Assembly (NCBI GenBank): GCA_051418015.1
Contig: JBPRGF010000031.1
Span: 139,167 to 203,166 of the forward strand
Length of the DNA stretch: 64,000 nucleotides
Direction: 5' to 3'
Source of the DNA: Candidatus Nitrospinota bacterium M3_3B_026
GTDB lineage: Bacteria; Nitrospinota_A; UBA7883; JBPRGF01
In this document: piece by piece, positions 18,612 through 28,915 of the stretch
Position numbering within the stretch: the stretch's first letter is position 1
Layout of the letters: each line of letters starts with the position of its first letter
The notes under the pieces: model-generated
Seen by the model: only the letters and a program-made list of their open reading frames with translations
What the model was told of the DNA's origin: nothing
The model's database searches: none
Position numbers and translations under genes: made by a program

Positions 18612-19148
18612 GTGAGCGGCAAAACAGAGATGACGAAACGAAGCGGAGCCGACGAGGCGCCGGTCGCGTTGCGCGGGCCGGAGAGGGCCGACGGCAAGAG
18701 CCTTTACGACCTTGTCCGCTCCTGCCCTCCGCTGGACGTCAACTCGGTCTACGCCTACTACCTGGTGGCGGAGCATTTCGCCGGGACCAGCGTCGTCGCC
18801 GAGGTAAACGGGCGGACAGCCGGTTTCGTCTCCGCGTACATCCCCCCCGGCCGGGAGGATACCCTGTTCGTGTGGCAGGTGGCCGTCTCGCCAGACGCGC
18901 GCGGCAGGGGGCTTGCGGGCAGGATGCTCCGCGAGATTCTGTCCAGGCCCGCGCTCGGGAAAATCCGGCACGTCGAGACAACGATAACACCGTCCAACGA
19001 GGCGTCGAAACGGCTCTTCTCGCGGCTTGCGGAAAGGCTCGGATGCGGCGTCGAAAAAGAAATTTTCATCCCGGCCGAATGGTTCGGGGAGGGCTCCCAC
19101 GAAGAGGAGGTCCTTTTCCGGATCGGGCCGTTCGAAAACGTTTATTAA
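18612..19148 (+). CDS. ectA: L-2,4-diaminobutyrate acetyltransferase
   Basis: CPPLDVNSVYAY, LFVWQVAV, ETTITPSNEAS. Start is GTG 18612 or ATG 18630. Confidence 0.96.
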   Translation: MSGKTEMTKRSGADEAPVALRGPERADGKSLYDLVRSCPPLDVNSVYAYYLVAEHFAGTSVVAEVNGRTAGFVSAYIPPGREDTLFVWQVAVSPDARGRGLAGRMLREILSRPALGKIRHVETTITPSNEASKRLFSRLAERLGCGVEKEIFIPAEWFGEGSHEEEVLFRIGPFENVY

Positions 19149-19168
19149 CTTTGAAAGGTGGAATAACC

Positions 19169-20446
19169 ATGCGAGTCATTGAAAATATGGAATCGGAAGT
19201 GCGGGGCTACGTCAGGTCGTTCCCGGCCGTCTTCGACAAGGCGGAGGGCGCGATTCTCTACGACAAGCACGGCGAAAGGTACGTCGACTTTTTCGCCGGG
19301 GCCGGCACGCTCAACTACGGGCATAACAACCCCAATATCACCAAGGCGCTCATAGAGTATCTCCAGGGCGGCGGCGTGGTCCACGGCCTGGACAAGGCCA
19401 CCGTGGCCAAGATCGAGTTCCTGCAAAAGCTCCACGACACGATACTGGCGCCCCGTAACCTCAACTACAAGGTCCAGTTCACGGGCCCCACGGGTACCAA
19501 CGCCGTGGAGACGGCGCTGAAGCTCGCCAGGATGGTCAAACGCAGGTCGAACGTCATCTCCTTCACCAACGGCTACCACGGCCTGACGATGGGCTCCATG
19601 GCCGTGACGGGCAACACTTTCTACAGGGACGAGTCCTACGGGCTGAGGGTGAACACGGCCTTCATGCCGTATGACAAGTATTTCGGCCCGGAGGTGGACA
19701 CGATCGAATATTTCAGAAAATACCTCGAGGACCCGAGCAGTGGCGTCGACCAGCCCGCGGCGGTGATACTGGAGACAACCCAGTGCGAGGGCGGCGTCAA
19801 CGTGGCCAGCGCCGAATGGCTCAAGAAGCTTGAAGGGCTCTGCCGCGAGTTCGAGATACTCATGATCGTGGATGACATACAGGTGGGCAACGGGCGCACG
19901 GGGCCCTTCTTCAGCTTCGAGCGGGCCGGGATCACGCCGGATATCGTGGCCGTCTCGAAGTCCATCGGCGGCGGCCTGCCGCTTGCGCTGCTGCTCATCA
20001 AGCCGGAGCTGGACCAGTGGCAGCCGGGCGAGCACACGGGCACCTTCAGGGGCAACAACCTCGCTTTCGTGGCGGCCACCCAGGCGCTCGGCTACTGGGA
20101 GAACGGCGACCTCACCGATGCGGTCTTCTACAAGGGCCAGATCATGGAAGAGGAGCTGAGAGGCTTCATGGAGGCCCATCCCGACCTCGGCCTGGAGTTG
20201 CGCGGGCTGGGGATGCTGTGGGGGCTCGATTTCAAGGTCCGGGGCGCGGCCAGCGAGATATCCAAGCTGGCCTTCGAAAAGGGGCTCATCATCGAAGTGG
20301 CGGGAGCAGAGGACAACGTACTCAAGCTGCTGCCGGCCCTGACGATCGAGGAGGAGCTGCTCCGGGAGGGGCTCGGGATAATCGGAGAGACCATAAACGA
20401 GTTCGAAAAGGGTAAGAAGGATTTTCTGGTGGGCAAGACGATATGA
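19169..20446 (+). CDS. ectB: Diaminobutyrate-2-oxoglutarate transaminase
   Basis: ESEVRGYVRSFP, DFFAGAGTLNYGHN, DDIQVGNGRTG, SKSIG, WQPGEHTGTFRGNN. Confidence 0.97.
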   Translation: MRVIENMESEVRGYVRSFPAVFDKAEGAILYDKHGERYVDFFAGAGTLNYGHNNPNITKALIEYLQGGGVVHGLDKATVAKIEFLQKLHDTILAPRNLNYKVQFTGPTGTNAVETALKLARMVKRRSNVISFTNGYHGLTMGSMAVTGNTFYRDESYGLRVNTAFMPYDKYFGPEVDTIEYFRKYLEDPSSGVDQPAAVILETTQCEGGVNVASAEWLKKLEGLCREFEILMIVDDIQVGNGRTGPFFSFERAGITPDIVAVSKSIGGGLPLALLLIKPELDQWQPGEHTGTFRGNNLAFVAATQALGYWENGDLTDAVFYKGQIMEEELRGFMEAHPDLGLELRGLGMLWGLDFKVRGAASEISKLAFEKGLIIEVAGAEDNVLKLLPALTIEEELLREGLGIIGETINEFEKGKKDFLVGKTI

Positions 20447-20847
20447 TCGTAAGAACTCTGGAAGAAGCCAAAGACACCGAAAGGGAGGTCAAAGCCGGCA
20501 AGGGAACATGGGTAAGCCGCCGCCTGCTGTTGCGGGACGACGGGATGGGGTTTTCCCTGCATGACACCACCATCTTCGCCGGCACGGAGACCTATATCTG
20601 GTACAAGCATCACCTGGAGGCGGTCTACTGCGTGGCCGGGGAGGGAGAGATAGAGGTCATCGGGACCGGCGAAAAACACCGGATCACCGACGGGACCATG
20701 TACGCCCTGGACGGCCACGAGAAACACTGGCTCCGCGCCAAAGCCGACATGCGGTTGATCTGCGTGTTCAACCCCGCCCTGACCGGCGCCGAGGATCACG
20801 ACGAAGAGGGAGTCTATCCTTTGATGATGACTGACGAGGAGCGTTGA
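20443..20847 (+). CDS. ectC: Ectoine synthase
   Basis: MIVR, SRRLLL..DGMGFSLH, WYKHHLEAVYC, CVFNPALTG.E.HD..GVY. Confidence 0.97.
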   Translation: MIVRTLEEAKDTEREVKAGKGTWVSRRLLLRDDGMGFSLHDTTIFAGTETYIWYKHHLEAVYCVAGEGEIEVIGTGEKHRITDGTMYALDGHEKHWLRAKADMRLICVFNPALTGAEDHDEEGVYPLMMTDEER

Positions 20848-20850
20848 CCG

Positions 20851-21204
20851 ATGCCGGGGACAATGCAAAGAGCGGCGGAAAACGAGCTGGATCTTTACCC
20901 CACGCGGGAAGACGAGGAAAAAATCATCGGCCGGGCCGATCCCGTCGGGCGGCTCATGAGGGGCAGGCGCATGGCCGGGGTATACGGGCCGCCGGGCACG
21001 CTGGTTCTCCACGAGGGCAACATCATGCACGGCTCGTCTGATAACATATCACCCATGCCTAGAACGAACCTGTTTTTCGTATACAACAGCGTCCATAACA
21101 AGCCCGCGCCGAGGCCTTTCGCTGCGCCCCGGTTCCGGCCGGAGTTTCTGGGCAGCGCGGACAGGGACCCTCTCAAGCCGGCGCAAGCGCCGTGGAGGCC
21201 ATGA
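20851..21204 (+). pseudogene. ectD: Ectoine hydroxylase remnant with a large in-frame internal deletion
   Basis: The EctD N-terminus (DLYPTR...RADPV) is joined directly to the EctD C-terminus (GPPGTLVLHEGNIMHGS...PRTNLFFVYNSV...PFAAP..RPEF). It is 117 aa versus about 300 aa, and the FxWHSDFETWH signature is missing. Confidence 0.88.
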
Positions 21205-22094
21205 CCTGCCCGGCGGGAAGGGGATGGCGGACGGCCCTGCTCATCCTGCTCGCCCTTTTCCTTGCGGCGGGCGCGGGTTGCCAGGCGCGGGAGAAAGAGA
21301 AGGGCGGCGCCTACGGGCGGATGCTGGACTCCGGCGTCGTTCGGGTGGGGTTCGCCAACGAGGCCCCATACGCCTTCCTGGACGAGGACGGCCGCCTGAC
21401 AGGCGAGGCGCCGGAGATCATACGGGCGGTGATGAATGAGCTCGGTGTGGAGCGCGTGGAGGGGGTTCTCACGGAGTTCGGCTCCCTCATACCCGGCCTC
21501 AAGGCGGGCCGATTCGACATAATCGCCGCCGGGATGTACATCACGCCCGAACGATGCCGGCAGATAGCCTTCACCAATCCAACGTACAGGATGGGAGAGG
21601 CGTTCCTCGTCCGGAAGGGCAACCCGCTTGACCTTCACGGCTACGAGGACGTCAAGGAGAAACCAGCCGCCAGGCTGGGCGTCGTCGCCGGGGCGGTGGA
21701 GCTTGGCTACGCCATTGCGGTGGGCGTGCCGAGGAAGAGAATATCCGTCCTGCCCGACGCCCCCAGCGCCGTGGGCGCCCTCATGGCGGACAGGATCGAC
21801 GCCTACGCCGGGACATCCCTCACCGTGCGCGACATGTACGGCAAATCAGAGGACGCGGACGTTGAGATCGCCGAACCGTTCACGGACCCGGTGATAGATG
21901 GCAAAACGGCGGCCGGATACGGCGCCTTCGGCCTGCGCAAGGAGGACGGGCGGCTCCTGAAAAGGATCAACAAGACCCTGGACGATTTCATCGGCTCGGA
22001 GCGCCACCGAAAGCTTGTCGCCCCCTTCGGGTTCGGCGAGGCGCAGCTGCCGGGGGATAAGACCGCCGCCGAGCTTTGCGAGAGAGGGGCGTAG
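21201..22094 (+). CDS. ehuB: Ectoine/hydroxyectoine ABC transporter substrate-binding protein
   Basis: RVGFANEAPY, LTGEAPE, TEFGSLIPGLKAGRFDIIAAGMYITPERC, GYGAFG, LPGDKTAAELC. ATGA overlap with the ectD remnant. Confidence 0.92.
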   Translation: MTCPAGRGWRTALLILLALFLAAGAGCQAREKEKGGAYGRMLDSGVVRVGFANEAPYAFLDEDGRLTGEAPEIIRAVMNELGVERVEGVLTEFGSLIPGLKAGRFDIIAAGMYITPERCRQIAFTNPTYRMGEAFLVRKGNPLDLHGYEDVKEKPAARLGVVAGAVELGYAIAVGVPRKRISVLPDAPSAVGALMADRIDAYAGTSLTVRDMYGKSEDADVEIAEPFTDPVIDGKTAAGYGAFGLRKEDGRLLKRINKTLDDFIGSERHRKLVAPFGFGEAQLPGDKTAAELCERGA

Positions 22095-22146
22095 GCCGTT
22101 GACCGGGGTTTCTGGGCGTTGCGTCAACCCGCCGCGCGCTTGACCC

Positions 22147-22794
22147 ATGCCTGAATTTTTCGCGCTTTTACCCCCCCTGCTTTCGGGGCTGAAGACTACC
22201 GTAATCATAACCGTCGCCGCCGCGGTGGTCGCTCTCGTGACGGCTTTCATAGCCGGGCTCATGCGGATTTCGCGCCGGGCCTGGGTGAGGGCGCCGGCGG
22301 TGGCGTACATCGACTTTTTCCGGGGCACGTCGGCGCTGGTCCAGCTTTTCTGGGCCTATTACGCCCTCCCCCTCCTGGGCGTCAGGCTGGACGCCATGAC
22401 GGTGGCGATAGTCGTTCTCGGCCTGAACATCGGCGCCTACGGCGCGGAGGTGGTCCGCGGGGCCATACAGTCCATCCACGCCGGGCAGTGGGAGGCGGCG
22501 GTGGCGCTCAACTTCACCAGGACGCAGACGCTGGCGCGGATCATCATACCGCAGGCGGTCGTGGTGATGATGCCGACCTTCGGCAACCTGCTCGTGGAGC
22601 TTCTGAAAAGCACAGCGCTGGTCTCGCTTATCACCATAGGAGACCTCACGTTCCAGGGCCAGGCCCTGCGGTCGTCCACCATGCGCTCGGCGGAGATCTT
22701 TTCGTTGACGCTCGCGCTCTATTTCGTGACGGCGCTGGCGCTGCTTTACGGATTCAGGCGGCTGGAGAAGAAATTGGCGCTTTACAAGGGATGA
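22147..22794 (+). CDS. ehuC: Ectoine ABC transporter permease
   Basis: FRGTSALVQLFW, AYGAEVVRGAI, GQWEAAVALN. Position in the ehu operon. Confidence 0.9.
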   Translation: MPEFFALLPPLLSGLKTTVIITVAAAVVALVTAFIAGLMRISRRAWVRAPAVAYIDFFRGTSALVQLFWAYYALPLLGVRLDAMTVAIVVLGLNIGAYGAEVVRGAIQSIHAGQWEAAVALNFTRTQTLARIIIPQAVVVMMPTFGNLLVELLKSTALVSLITIGDLTFQGQALRSSTMRSAEIFSLTLALYFVTALALLYGFRRLEKKLALYKG

Positions 22795-22804
22795 GGACGG
22801 GGAC

Positions 22805-23452
22805 TTGATATTCGACTGGAAGTACACCGCCGAGATATTGCCGGAGCTTCTGCGCGCGCTGGTTGTGACCGTGGAGGCGACGGCGCTGGGGATGGGCATC
22901 GCGCTGGTCCTGGGGCTTTTATGGGCGCTGCTTCGCATGTCCGGCTCCAGCGCCGTCTCCGGAACGGCCTCGTGGGCCGTGGAGTTCATCCGGGACACGC
23001 CGCTCCTGATACAGATATACTTCTTCTTCTACGTGGCGCCGGAGTTCGGGCCGAAGCTTTCGCCCTTCGCCACCGGCGTGATCGCGCTGGGAGTCCACTA
23101 CAGCGCATACCTGGCCGAGGTCTACCGGGCGGGGATAGAGGCGGTGGGCAGGGGGCAGTGGGAGGCGGCGGTGGCCATGAACTTCAGCCGGGCCGACACG
23201 TGGCGGCGGATAATCCTGCCGCAGGCGATTCCGCCGATGATACCGGTGCTGGGCAACTACCTTATCGCCATGTTCAAGGACACGCCGATGCTGGCGGCGA
23301 TCACCGTCATGGAGCTTTTGCAGACGGCGAAGCTGATGGGCGCGGAGTCGTTCCGGTACCTGGAGCCGCTGACGGTGGTGGGGCTTTTGTTCCTGCTCGT
23401 CAGCCTGGCCTCCTCGGTGGCTGTGAGAAAACTGGAAGAGCGGTTCGCCTGA
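22805..23452 (+). CDS. ehuD: Ectoine ABC transporter permease
   Basis: FDW, EFIRDTPLLIQ, HYSAY.AEVYRAGI, GNYLIAMFKDTP. Confidence 0.9.
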   Translation: MIFDWKYTAEILPELLRALVVTVEATALGMGIALVLGLLWALLRMSGSSAVSGTASWAVEFIRDTPLLIQIYFFFYVAPEFGPKLSPFATGVIALGVHYSAYLAEVYRAGIEAVGRGQWEAAVAMNFSRADTWRRIILPQAIPPMIPVLGNYLIAMFKDTPMLAAITVMELLQTAKLMGAESFRYLEPLTVVGLLFLLVSLASSVAVRKLEERFA

Positions 23453-23471
23453 AAAACGAGGGAATATCGAA

Positions 23472-24245
23472 ATGACGCAAGAAACCATCATCCACATGAA
23501 AGACGTCCGCAAATCATTCGGCGATGTGGAGGTGCTGCGCGATTTCTCCATGGAAATCCCGGCCAGGCAGAAGATCGTCATACTGGGCCCCAGCGGCTCG
23601 GGCAAATCGACCGTCCTGCGGATACTGATGACGCTGGAGGACATCGACTCCGGGACGGTGATGATCGACGGGAAGATGCTGTGGCGCGCAGAGGACGGCC
23701 GCTCCGTCCGCGCGAAAGGGGCGGAGCTGAAAGGAATAAGGGGAGAGATCGGGATGGTCTTCCAGCATTTCAACCTTTTCCCGCACATGAACGTTTTGCG
23801 CAACGTCACCGAGGCGCCCGTGCGAGTGCTGGGCCTTTCCGCGGAGGAGGCCCGGCGGCAGGCCCTCGAGCTGCTGGAGAACGTGGGGCTTGGCGACAAG
23901 ACCGAGGCCTGGCCGGCCCAGCTCTCCGGCGGGCAAAAACAGCGCGTGGCGATCGCCCGGGCGCTGGCCATGAGGCCGCGGATAATGCTGTTCGACGAGG
24001 TGACCTCCGCCCTGGACCCGGAGCTGGTGGGCGAGGTGCTGGGCGTCCTGAAAAAACTGGCGAAGGAAAGCGAGATGACGATGCTGTTCGTCACCCATCA
24101 CCTTGAATTCGCAAGGGAGATAGCCGACCGCCTGGTCTTCATGGACCACGGGATCATCCTCCACGACAGCCCGCCGGCCGATTTTTTCACGAAAACGGAC
24201 AACGAACGGGTGAGAAGGTTTCTCGACGTGATAACCCAACAGTGA
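23472..24245 (+). CDS. ehuA: Ectoine ABC transporter ATP-binding protein
   Basis: GPSGSGKSTVLRILMTLE, LSGGQKQR, FDEVTSALDPELV. Confidence 0.92.
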   Translation: MTQETIIHMKDVRKSFGDVEVLRDFSMEIPARQKIVILGPSGSGKSTVLRILMTLEDIDSGTVMIDGKMLWRAEDGRSVRAKGAELKGIRGEIGMVFQHFNLFPHMNVLRNVTEAPVRVLGLSAEEARRQALELLENVGLGDKTEAWPAQLSGGQKQRVAIARALAMRPRIMLFDEVTSALDPELVGEVLGVLKKLAKESEMTMLFVTHHLEFAREIADRLVFMDHGIILHDSPPADFFTKTDNERVRRFLDVITQQ

Positions 24246-24270
24246 TCCGAGATCGAAGAGGAGGGAGACG

Positions 24271-25026
24271 ATGAGCAAGGAGATACTCGACAAGCACTAC
24301 AAGGACCTGGCGGACAACTACGACGACTTTCTCTACTACTCTCCCGAGTTCGTGCGAACGCTGACCGGCAAGATGGTGGAAAAACTGGAGCTCGAGGAAG
24401 ACGACCTGCTCGTCGACCTTGGCTGCGGGACGGGCATGTACACCCTCGACATTCTCAAGCAGGTCCCGTTGCGAAGGAAGGTCATCTGCGTGGACCCTTA
24501 CCCGGAGATGCTCGAGCAGATCCCGGAGGATTCCCACACGCTGCGGGTGGAGGAGGACGCCCTCGGTTTTTCCGAAAAGCCGGGCGCCTATGACAAAATC
24601 CTGATGAAAGAGGCGGTCCACCATATCAGCGACCGGGCGCGGCTTTTCAAGAACCTCCATGACAGGCTCAACGACGGCGGTGTCCTTCTGCTGGTCCATG
24701 TCCCGCCGGAGCTGGACTATCCTCTTTTCGAGAAGGCGCTTGCGCGCTGCAGGGAATGGCACGCCGACCCCGGCGAGCTGCGGGAGCTTTCGGCCGGGGC
24801 GGGGTTCAAGGTCGAACATGACGTCGTAAGCTACAAGCACTCCATACCGAAAGACAAATACTTCAAGATGGTGGAGAACCGCTACATGTCGGCGCTGACG
24901 TCCCTTGGGGACGACGAGATCAGGAGGGGTCTTGAGGAGATGGAGCGCAAGTTCGCGGACGTGGATGTCCTGGAGTTCTACGACAATTTCGACTACATAA
25001 AACTCCGCGCCGTCAAATCCTCCTGA
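24271..25026 (+). CDS. Class I SAM-dependent methyltransferase
   Basis: VDLGCGTG motif I, VDP, KEAVHH. Strong ribosome-binding site. Confidence 0.88.
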   Translation: MSKEILDKHYKDLADNYDDFLYYSPEFVRTLTGKMVEKLELEEDDLLVDLGCGTGMYTLDILKQVPLRRKVICVDPYPEMLEQIPEDSHTLRVEEDALGFSEKPGAYDKILMKEAVHHISDRARLFKNLHDRLNDGGVLLLVHVPPELDYPLFEKALARCREWHADPGELRELSAGAGFKVEHDVVSYKHSIPKDKYFKMVENRYMSALTSLGDDEIRRGLEEMERKFADVDVLEFYDNFDYIKLRAVKSS

Positions 25027-25081
25027 CGCCGCGTCCGGCCCGCCGGGCAGGGCAAAAGGGGAAATGTTGTAAACTCTCCTC

Positions 25082-26029
25082 ATGGAGACTGAAATAGACG
25101 GCAAGCCAGTGAGGCTGCCGGATTTTCTGATCGTCGGCGCGCCCAAATGCGGCACCACCGCCATGGCCCGCTACCTCGGGCAGCATCCGGGGATATACAT
25201 GCCGCGGCGGAAGGAGGCTCATTTCTTCGCCACGGACCTTTTACGGCCCGATGACCGGTTCAGGTCGCTGGACAACTACGCGAAGCTCTTCCAGTCCCCC
25301 GCCGCGAGGGGGAAGCTCATCGGGGAGGCGTCGGTTTTTTACCTTTACTCAAAGGACGCGCCGCGAAACATACACAGGCTTAACAGGGACGCCAGGATAA
25401 TCATAATGCTGAGAAACCCCGTCGACATGCTTCCCTCGTATCATTCCCAGCTGGTCTTCAACGGTGACGAGGATATCCTTGGCTTTGGGGAGGCCCTCGA
25501 AGCCGAGGAGGGGAGAAAGGCGGGGGCCATCCCGATCCCGGAAAACGTTCGCTTCAGGGAGCGTTTTTTCTACACGGAGGTCGCAAGCTTCAGCGGGCAG
25601 GTGGAGCGATACCTGGAAACGTTCGGCGAAGACCGTGTCCACGTAATCATATACGACGACTTCAAGTCCAACACGGCGGCGGTATACAGGAAAACCCTGG
25701 AGTTTCTGGGCGCCGGCCCGGAGCACAGGCCCGAGTTCAAGGTTGTAAACCCTAATAAGCGGCCCCGCCTGCGGGCTCTCAGCATCTTTCTGCGCCACCC
25801 CCCTCCCCTGGCGCGGGTGATGGCGAATAAGACGCTTCCTCGCGCCTTTCGCGCCTGGATAACGGATATGCTTGGAAAAATAAACGCAAAACACGTCCCA
25901 AGGCCCGAAATGGACCCGGAGCTTCGGCGGATGCTGAAGGCGCGCTTCGCGGACGATGTGAAACGATTGAGCCGGATTCTCGGGCGCGACCTGACCCACT
26001 GGACGGAAAACGGCGTGGAGGGCGCCTGA
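25082..26029 (+). CDS. Sulfotransferase (PAPS-dependent)
   Basis: PDFLIVGAPKCGTT (5'-PSB), KEAHFF, GEAS, LRNPVDMLPS (3'-PB). Confidence 0.92.
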   Translation: METEIDGKPVRLPDFLIVGAPKCGTTAMARYLGQHPGIYMPRRKEAHFFATDLLRPDDRFRSLDNYAKLFQSPAARGKLIGEASVFYLYSKDAPRNIHRLNRDARIIIMLRNPVDMLPSYHSQLVFNGDEDILGFGEALEAEEGRKAGAIPIPENVRFRERFFYTEVASFSGQVERYLETFGEDRVHVIIYDDFKSNTAAVYRKTLEFLGAGPEHRPEFKVVNPNKRPRLRALSIFLRHPPPLARVMANKTLPRAFRAWITDMLGKINAKHVPRPEMDPELRRMLKARFADDVKRLSRILGRDLTHWTENGVEGA

Positions 26030-26030
26030 C

Positions 26031-26852
26031 ATGGCCCGGGACAAGCATCTTGGAACAGGTGAATACGAGCCCGGAAAATACTGGAGCGCGCGGGCGAAGG
26101 CGAGCGGCGGCTCACTGCTTCAGGCGGTCTGCGTGTTCGGCGCGACGGAGCGGGAAAACGAGGCCGCCGCGCGTATCCAGGAGGCGGCTCTCCGCAAGAC
26201 ACTGAAATACGTGGACCTCAATGGGAAAAACGCGCTCGAGTACGGCTGCGGCGCGGGACGCTGGATAGATTTTTTCCTGGAACGCGGCGCCGTCTGGCAT
26301 GGGGTCGACATCTCCGCTGAAATGATCTCCATGCTCAAAGAAAAGTACGGCGGCGCAAAAGCCAATCATATAACCGGGGGCGGCATACCGCACCCGGCGA
26401 AAAGCATGGATTTCGTCTATTCCATAACCGTCATACATCACAATCCATACGAGACCCAGGAGGAAATCGCGGCGGAGATGGCGCACGTCCTCAAGGATGG
26501 AGGGAGGCTGCTGATCCTGGAGGGTGTGGGCGATAAGGGCTTTTTCAACTATTTTCCAAGGACGAAAGAAGGCTGGGCCGGGCTCTTTGAAAAACACGGG
26601 ATGACCCTCGTCCATCAGGAGGGAATGAGGAACCGGATATTCAGTGACCTGGCAAGACTGGCGAAACATAAGATCTTCTCGAAAAAGATAAAACTCTCCG
26701 ATGTCAAAATATCCCCCTCGTCGTTTGCCGGCAGGGTGGCGGGCTGGCTCGACCTTGTCATCGGCCCTTGCGCGCGCGGTCTTCCGCCCGAAAGATACCG
26801 GACAAGCGTTGTCATGCTGTTCGAGAAAAAGGGCGGCCCGCCGGATGCCTGA
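26031..26852 (+). CDS. Class I SAM-dependent methyltransferase
   Basis: LEYGCGAG, GVDIS, VIHH, LKDGG. Confidence 0.88.
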   Translation: MARDKHLGTGEYEPGKYWSARAKASGGSLLQAVCVFGATERENEAAARIQEAALRKTLKYVDLNGKNALEYGCGAGRWIDFFLERGAVWHGVDISAEMISMLKEKYGGAKANHITGGGIPHPAKSMDFVYSITVIHHNPYETQEEIAAEMAHVLKDGGRLLILEGVGDKGFFNYFPRTKEGWAGLFEKHGMTLVHQEGMRNRIFSDLARLAKHKIFSKKIKLSDVKISPSSFAGRVAGWLDLVIGPCARGLPPERYRTSVVMLFEKKGGPPDA

Positions 26853-27639
26853 GATAGTGGAGCATCACAACCCCCTCGGTGGAAAGGGCTACATCTCCAG
26901 CCAACACGTGGAGCGATACCGCTTCGCCCTGTCGAGGCTCCGGCCCGGCATGAAGGTTCTGGACATGGCCTGCGGGGCCGGGTACGGGACCATGATGCTC
27001 GCCAGCCGCGGCGTCAGGGCCGTGGGGGCGGACTATGACGAGAGGGCCGTGAGAACCGCGCGGGCGCTCTGGGGAAAACCGGTTTTCATCAGGGCGGACG
27101 CGCTCGATCTTCCATTCAGGGACGGCGCCTTCGACGCGGTTGTGAGTTTCGAGACCGTCGAGCACACCACGGAGGGGGAAAGGTTCCTCGCCGAAATCCA
27201 CAGGGCGCTTCGCCCGGGCGGGACGCTGATCCTTTCCACGCCGAACATAAAATACACGGCCCATCCTCCGTACCACCTGAAGGAGTACGAGCCGGACGAG
27301 TTTTTCGAACTGGCCGGGAGCATGTTCACCTCGGTGGAGCGCCACGCCCAGTATTTTAGGCGCCGGGACAGGCTGGCGGATCTGGCGATACGCCGGGTTC
27401 TCGGCCCCCTGGCCTCGGCAATCCGGCGGGGGCTCGGAAAGATCGGCCTGGAGGATGCCGCCCTGCGGGCCATCCAGCGCGGACACGGGGAGGGCGGCGT
27501 GTCCGGCGCGCTCATGAAGGAAGCCCTCGCGGAGGCGATCGAAGGGGAGCCGGACAGCGTGTACAGGGTAAAACCCCTGGGCGGCCATCGGCTCTTGCGC
27601 ATAATGATAGCGGTTGCGGAAAAGGCGCGGACGCGATGA
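26845..27639 (+). CDS. Class I SAM-dependent methyltransferase
   Basis: HVERY, VLDMACGAGYG, SFETVEH, LSTPN. Start trimmed to ATG 26845, which overlaps the upstream stop. Confidence 0.88.
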   Translation: MPEIVEHHNPLGGKGYISSQHVERYRFALSRLRPGMKVLDMACGAGYGTMMLASRGVRAVGADYDERAVRTARALWGKPVFIRADALDLPFRDGAFDAVVSFETVEHTTEGERFLAEIHRALRPGGTLILSTPNIKYTAHPPYHLKEYEPDEFFELAGSMFTSVERHAQYFRRRDRLADLAIRRVLGPLASAIRRGLGKIGLEDAALRAIQRGHGEGGVSGALMKEALAEAIEGEPDSVYRVKPLGGHRLLRIMIAVAEKARTR

Positions 27640-28664
27640 AGATCGGCGTATATCGCCCCGCCTCCCTGCCCTTCAGCGTCCGCTCCTACACAGACAACGT
27701 CTCCGCGGAGCTTGAGCGGCTCGGCGTCTCGTTCGTCTATTGGGAAGGCCGCGGCCTGCCGGGCGGCGTCGATCTTTACTGGGATCCGCGCTGCTCCGGC
27801 CTCGCCCCGCCGCCCGTGGGGTTTGCAAAGACCGTCAAACCGCTGGTGGTGACCATCCACGGCGCCGCGCCCGTCGCCCTGCCGGCAAGGGAGATATACC
27901 CCAACCCGGCAAGAGCCGTGACGGGGGGGCTGATCGCCCGCAAGAGACTGTGGACATGGAAAAGGCTCCTCGGCCGCGTCGAGACCGTCATCACCGTCTC
28001 AAAATTCGCCAGGAAGGAGATCGCCGAAAAGTTCGGCATTGGCGCAGGGAAGATAGCCCCCATATATCACGGAGTCGACCATTCCATCTTCACGCCGAGA
28101 GGGGAAAAGGGCGGAGCGGGGCCGTACCTGCTGCATGTCTCCCAGCCCCAGCCGGTGAAAAACATCCCCAGGATCATGCAAGCCTACGGCCTGCTCCCGG
28201 AGGACGACAGACCGCGGCTTGTCATCGTGGCGCCGGGGTTGTCCTCCCGCGGCGCCGGGCCGGGAGTGGAGATAATAGACACACCGGTAAGCCAGGGGAA
28301 GCTGGCCACGATGTACCGCGGCGCCATGGGCTTTGTCTTCCCCTCCCTGCGCGAGTCCTTCGGGATGCCGATCCTGGAGGCGATGGCGTGCGGCTGTCCG
28401 GTGGTCACGTCCAACGGCTCCGCCTGCGCCGAGGTCGCGGCGGACGCGGCCCTTCTCGTGGATCCCCGGTCGACGCGGGATATCGCCTCCGCCATGGGAA
28501 GGCTTGTCACGGATAAAAACCTGAGAACGGCGCTGAGGGAAAAGGGGCTGAAACACGCCGCCTTGTTCACATGGGAAAGAAGCGCAAGGGAGCACCTGGA
28601 AGTCTTCGGGAAAGCCTTGATGGATAACGGCAAGACGCCGGGACGCGGCCGGATGCGGGATATA

Positions 28665-28670
<6 letters not shown>
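27636..28670 (+). CDS. Glycosyltransferase family 4 (GT-B)
   Basis: VTIH, TVSKF, HGVD, KNIP, FPSLRESFGMPILEAMACG, FTWE. Confidence 0.92.
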
Positions 28671-28741
<71 letters not shown>

Positions 28742-28753
28742 CCTGAATCTCTC

Positions 28754-28782
28754 TTTATACCCCTGTCGCGGTTGAATGTCAA
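28754..28782 (-). promoter_or_regulatory. Near-consensus sigma-70 promoter of the tRNA
   Basis: TTGACA-17 nt-TATAAA, 12 nt upstream of the mature tRNA 5' end. Confidence 0.85.
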
Positions 28783-28915
28783 CCACCCCCGGCTTTCTCG
28801 GGGCCCGGCGGGCGAGATTGCATCGCGCTCACGAGCTGTGACAATATAAAATACGCTCGAACCCGCGATCGTCCGCGGCGGTCTCGCGCATGAACGGCTT
28901 TGGAAGGGGAGGGTC

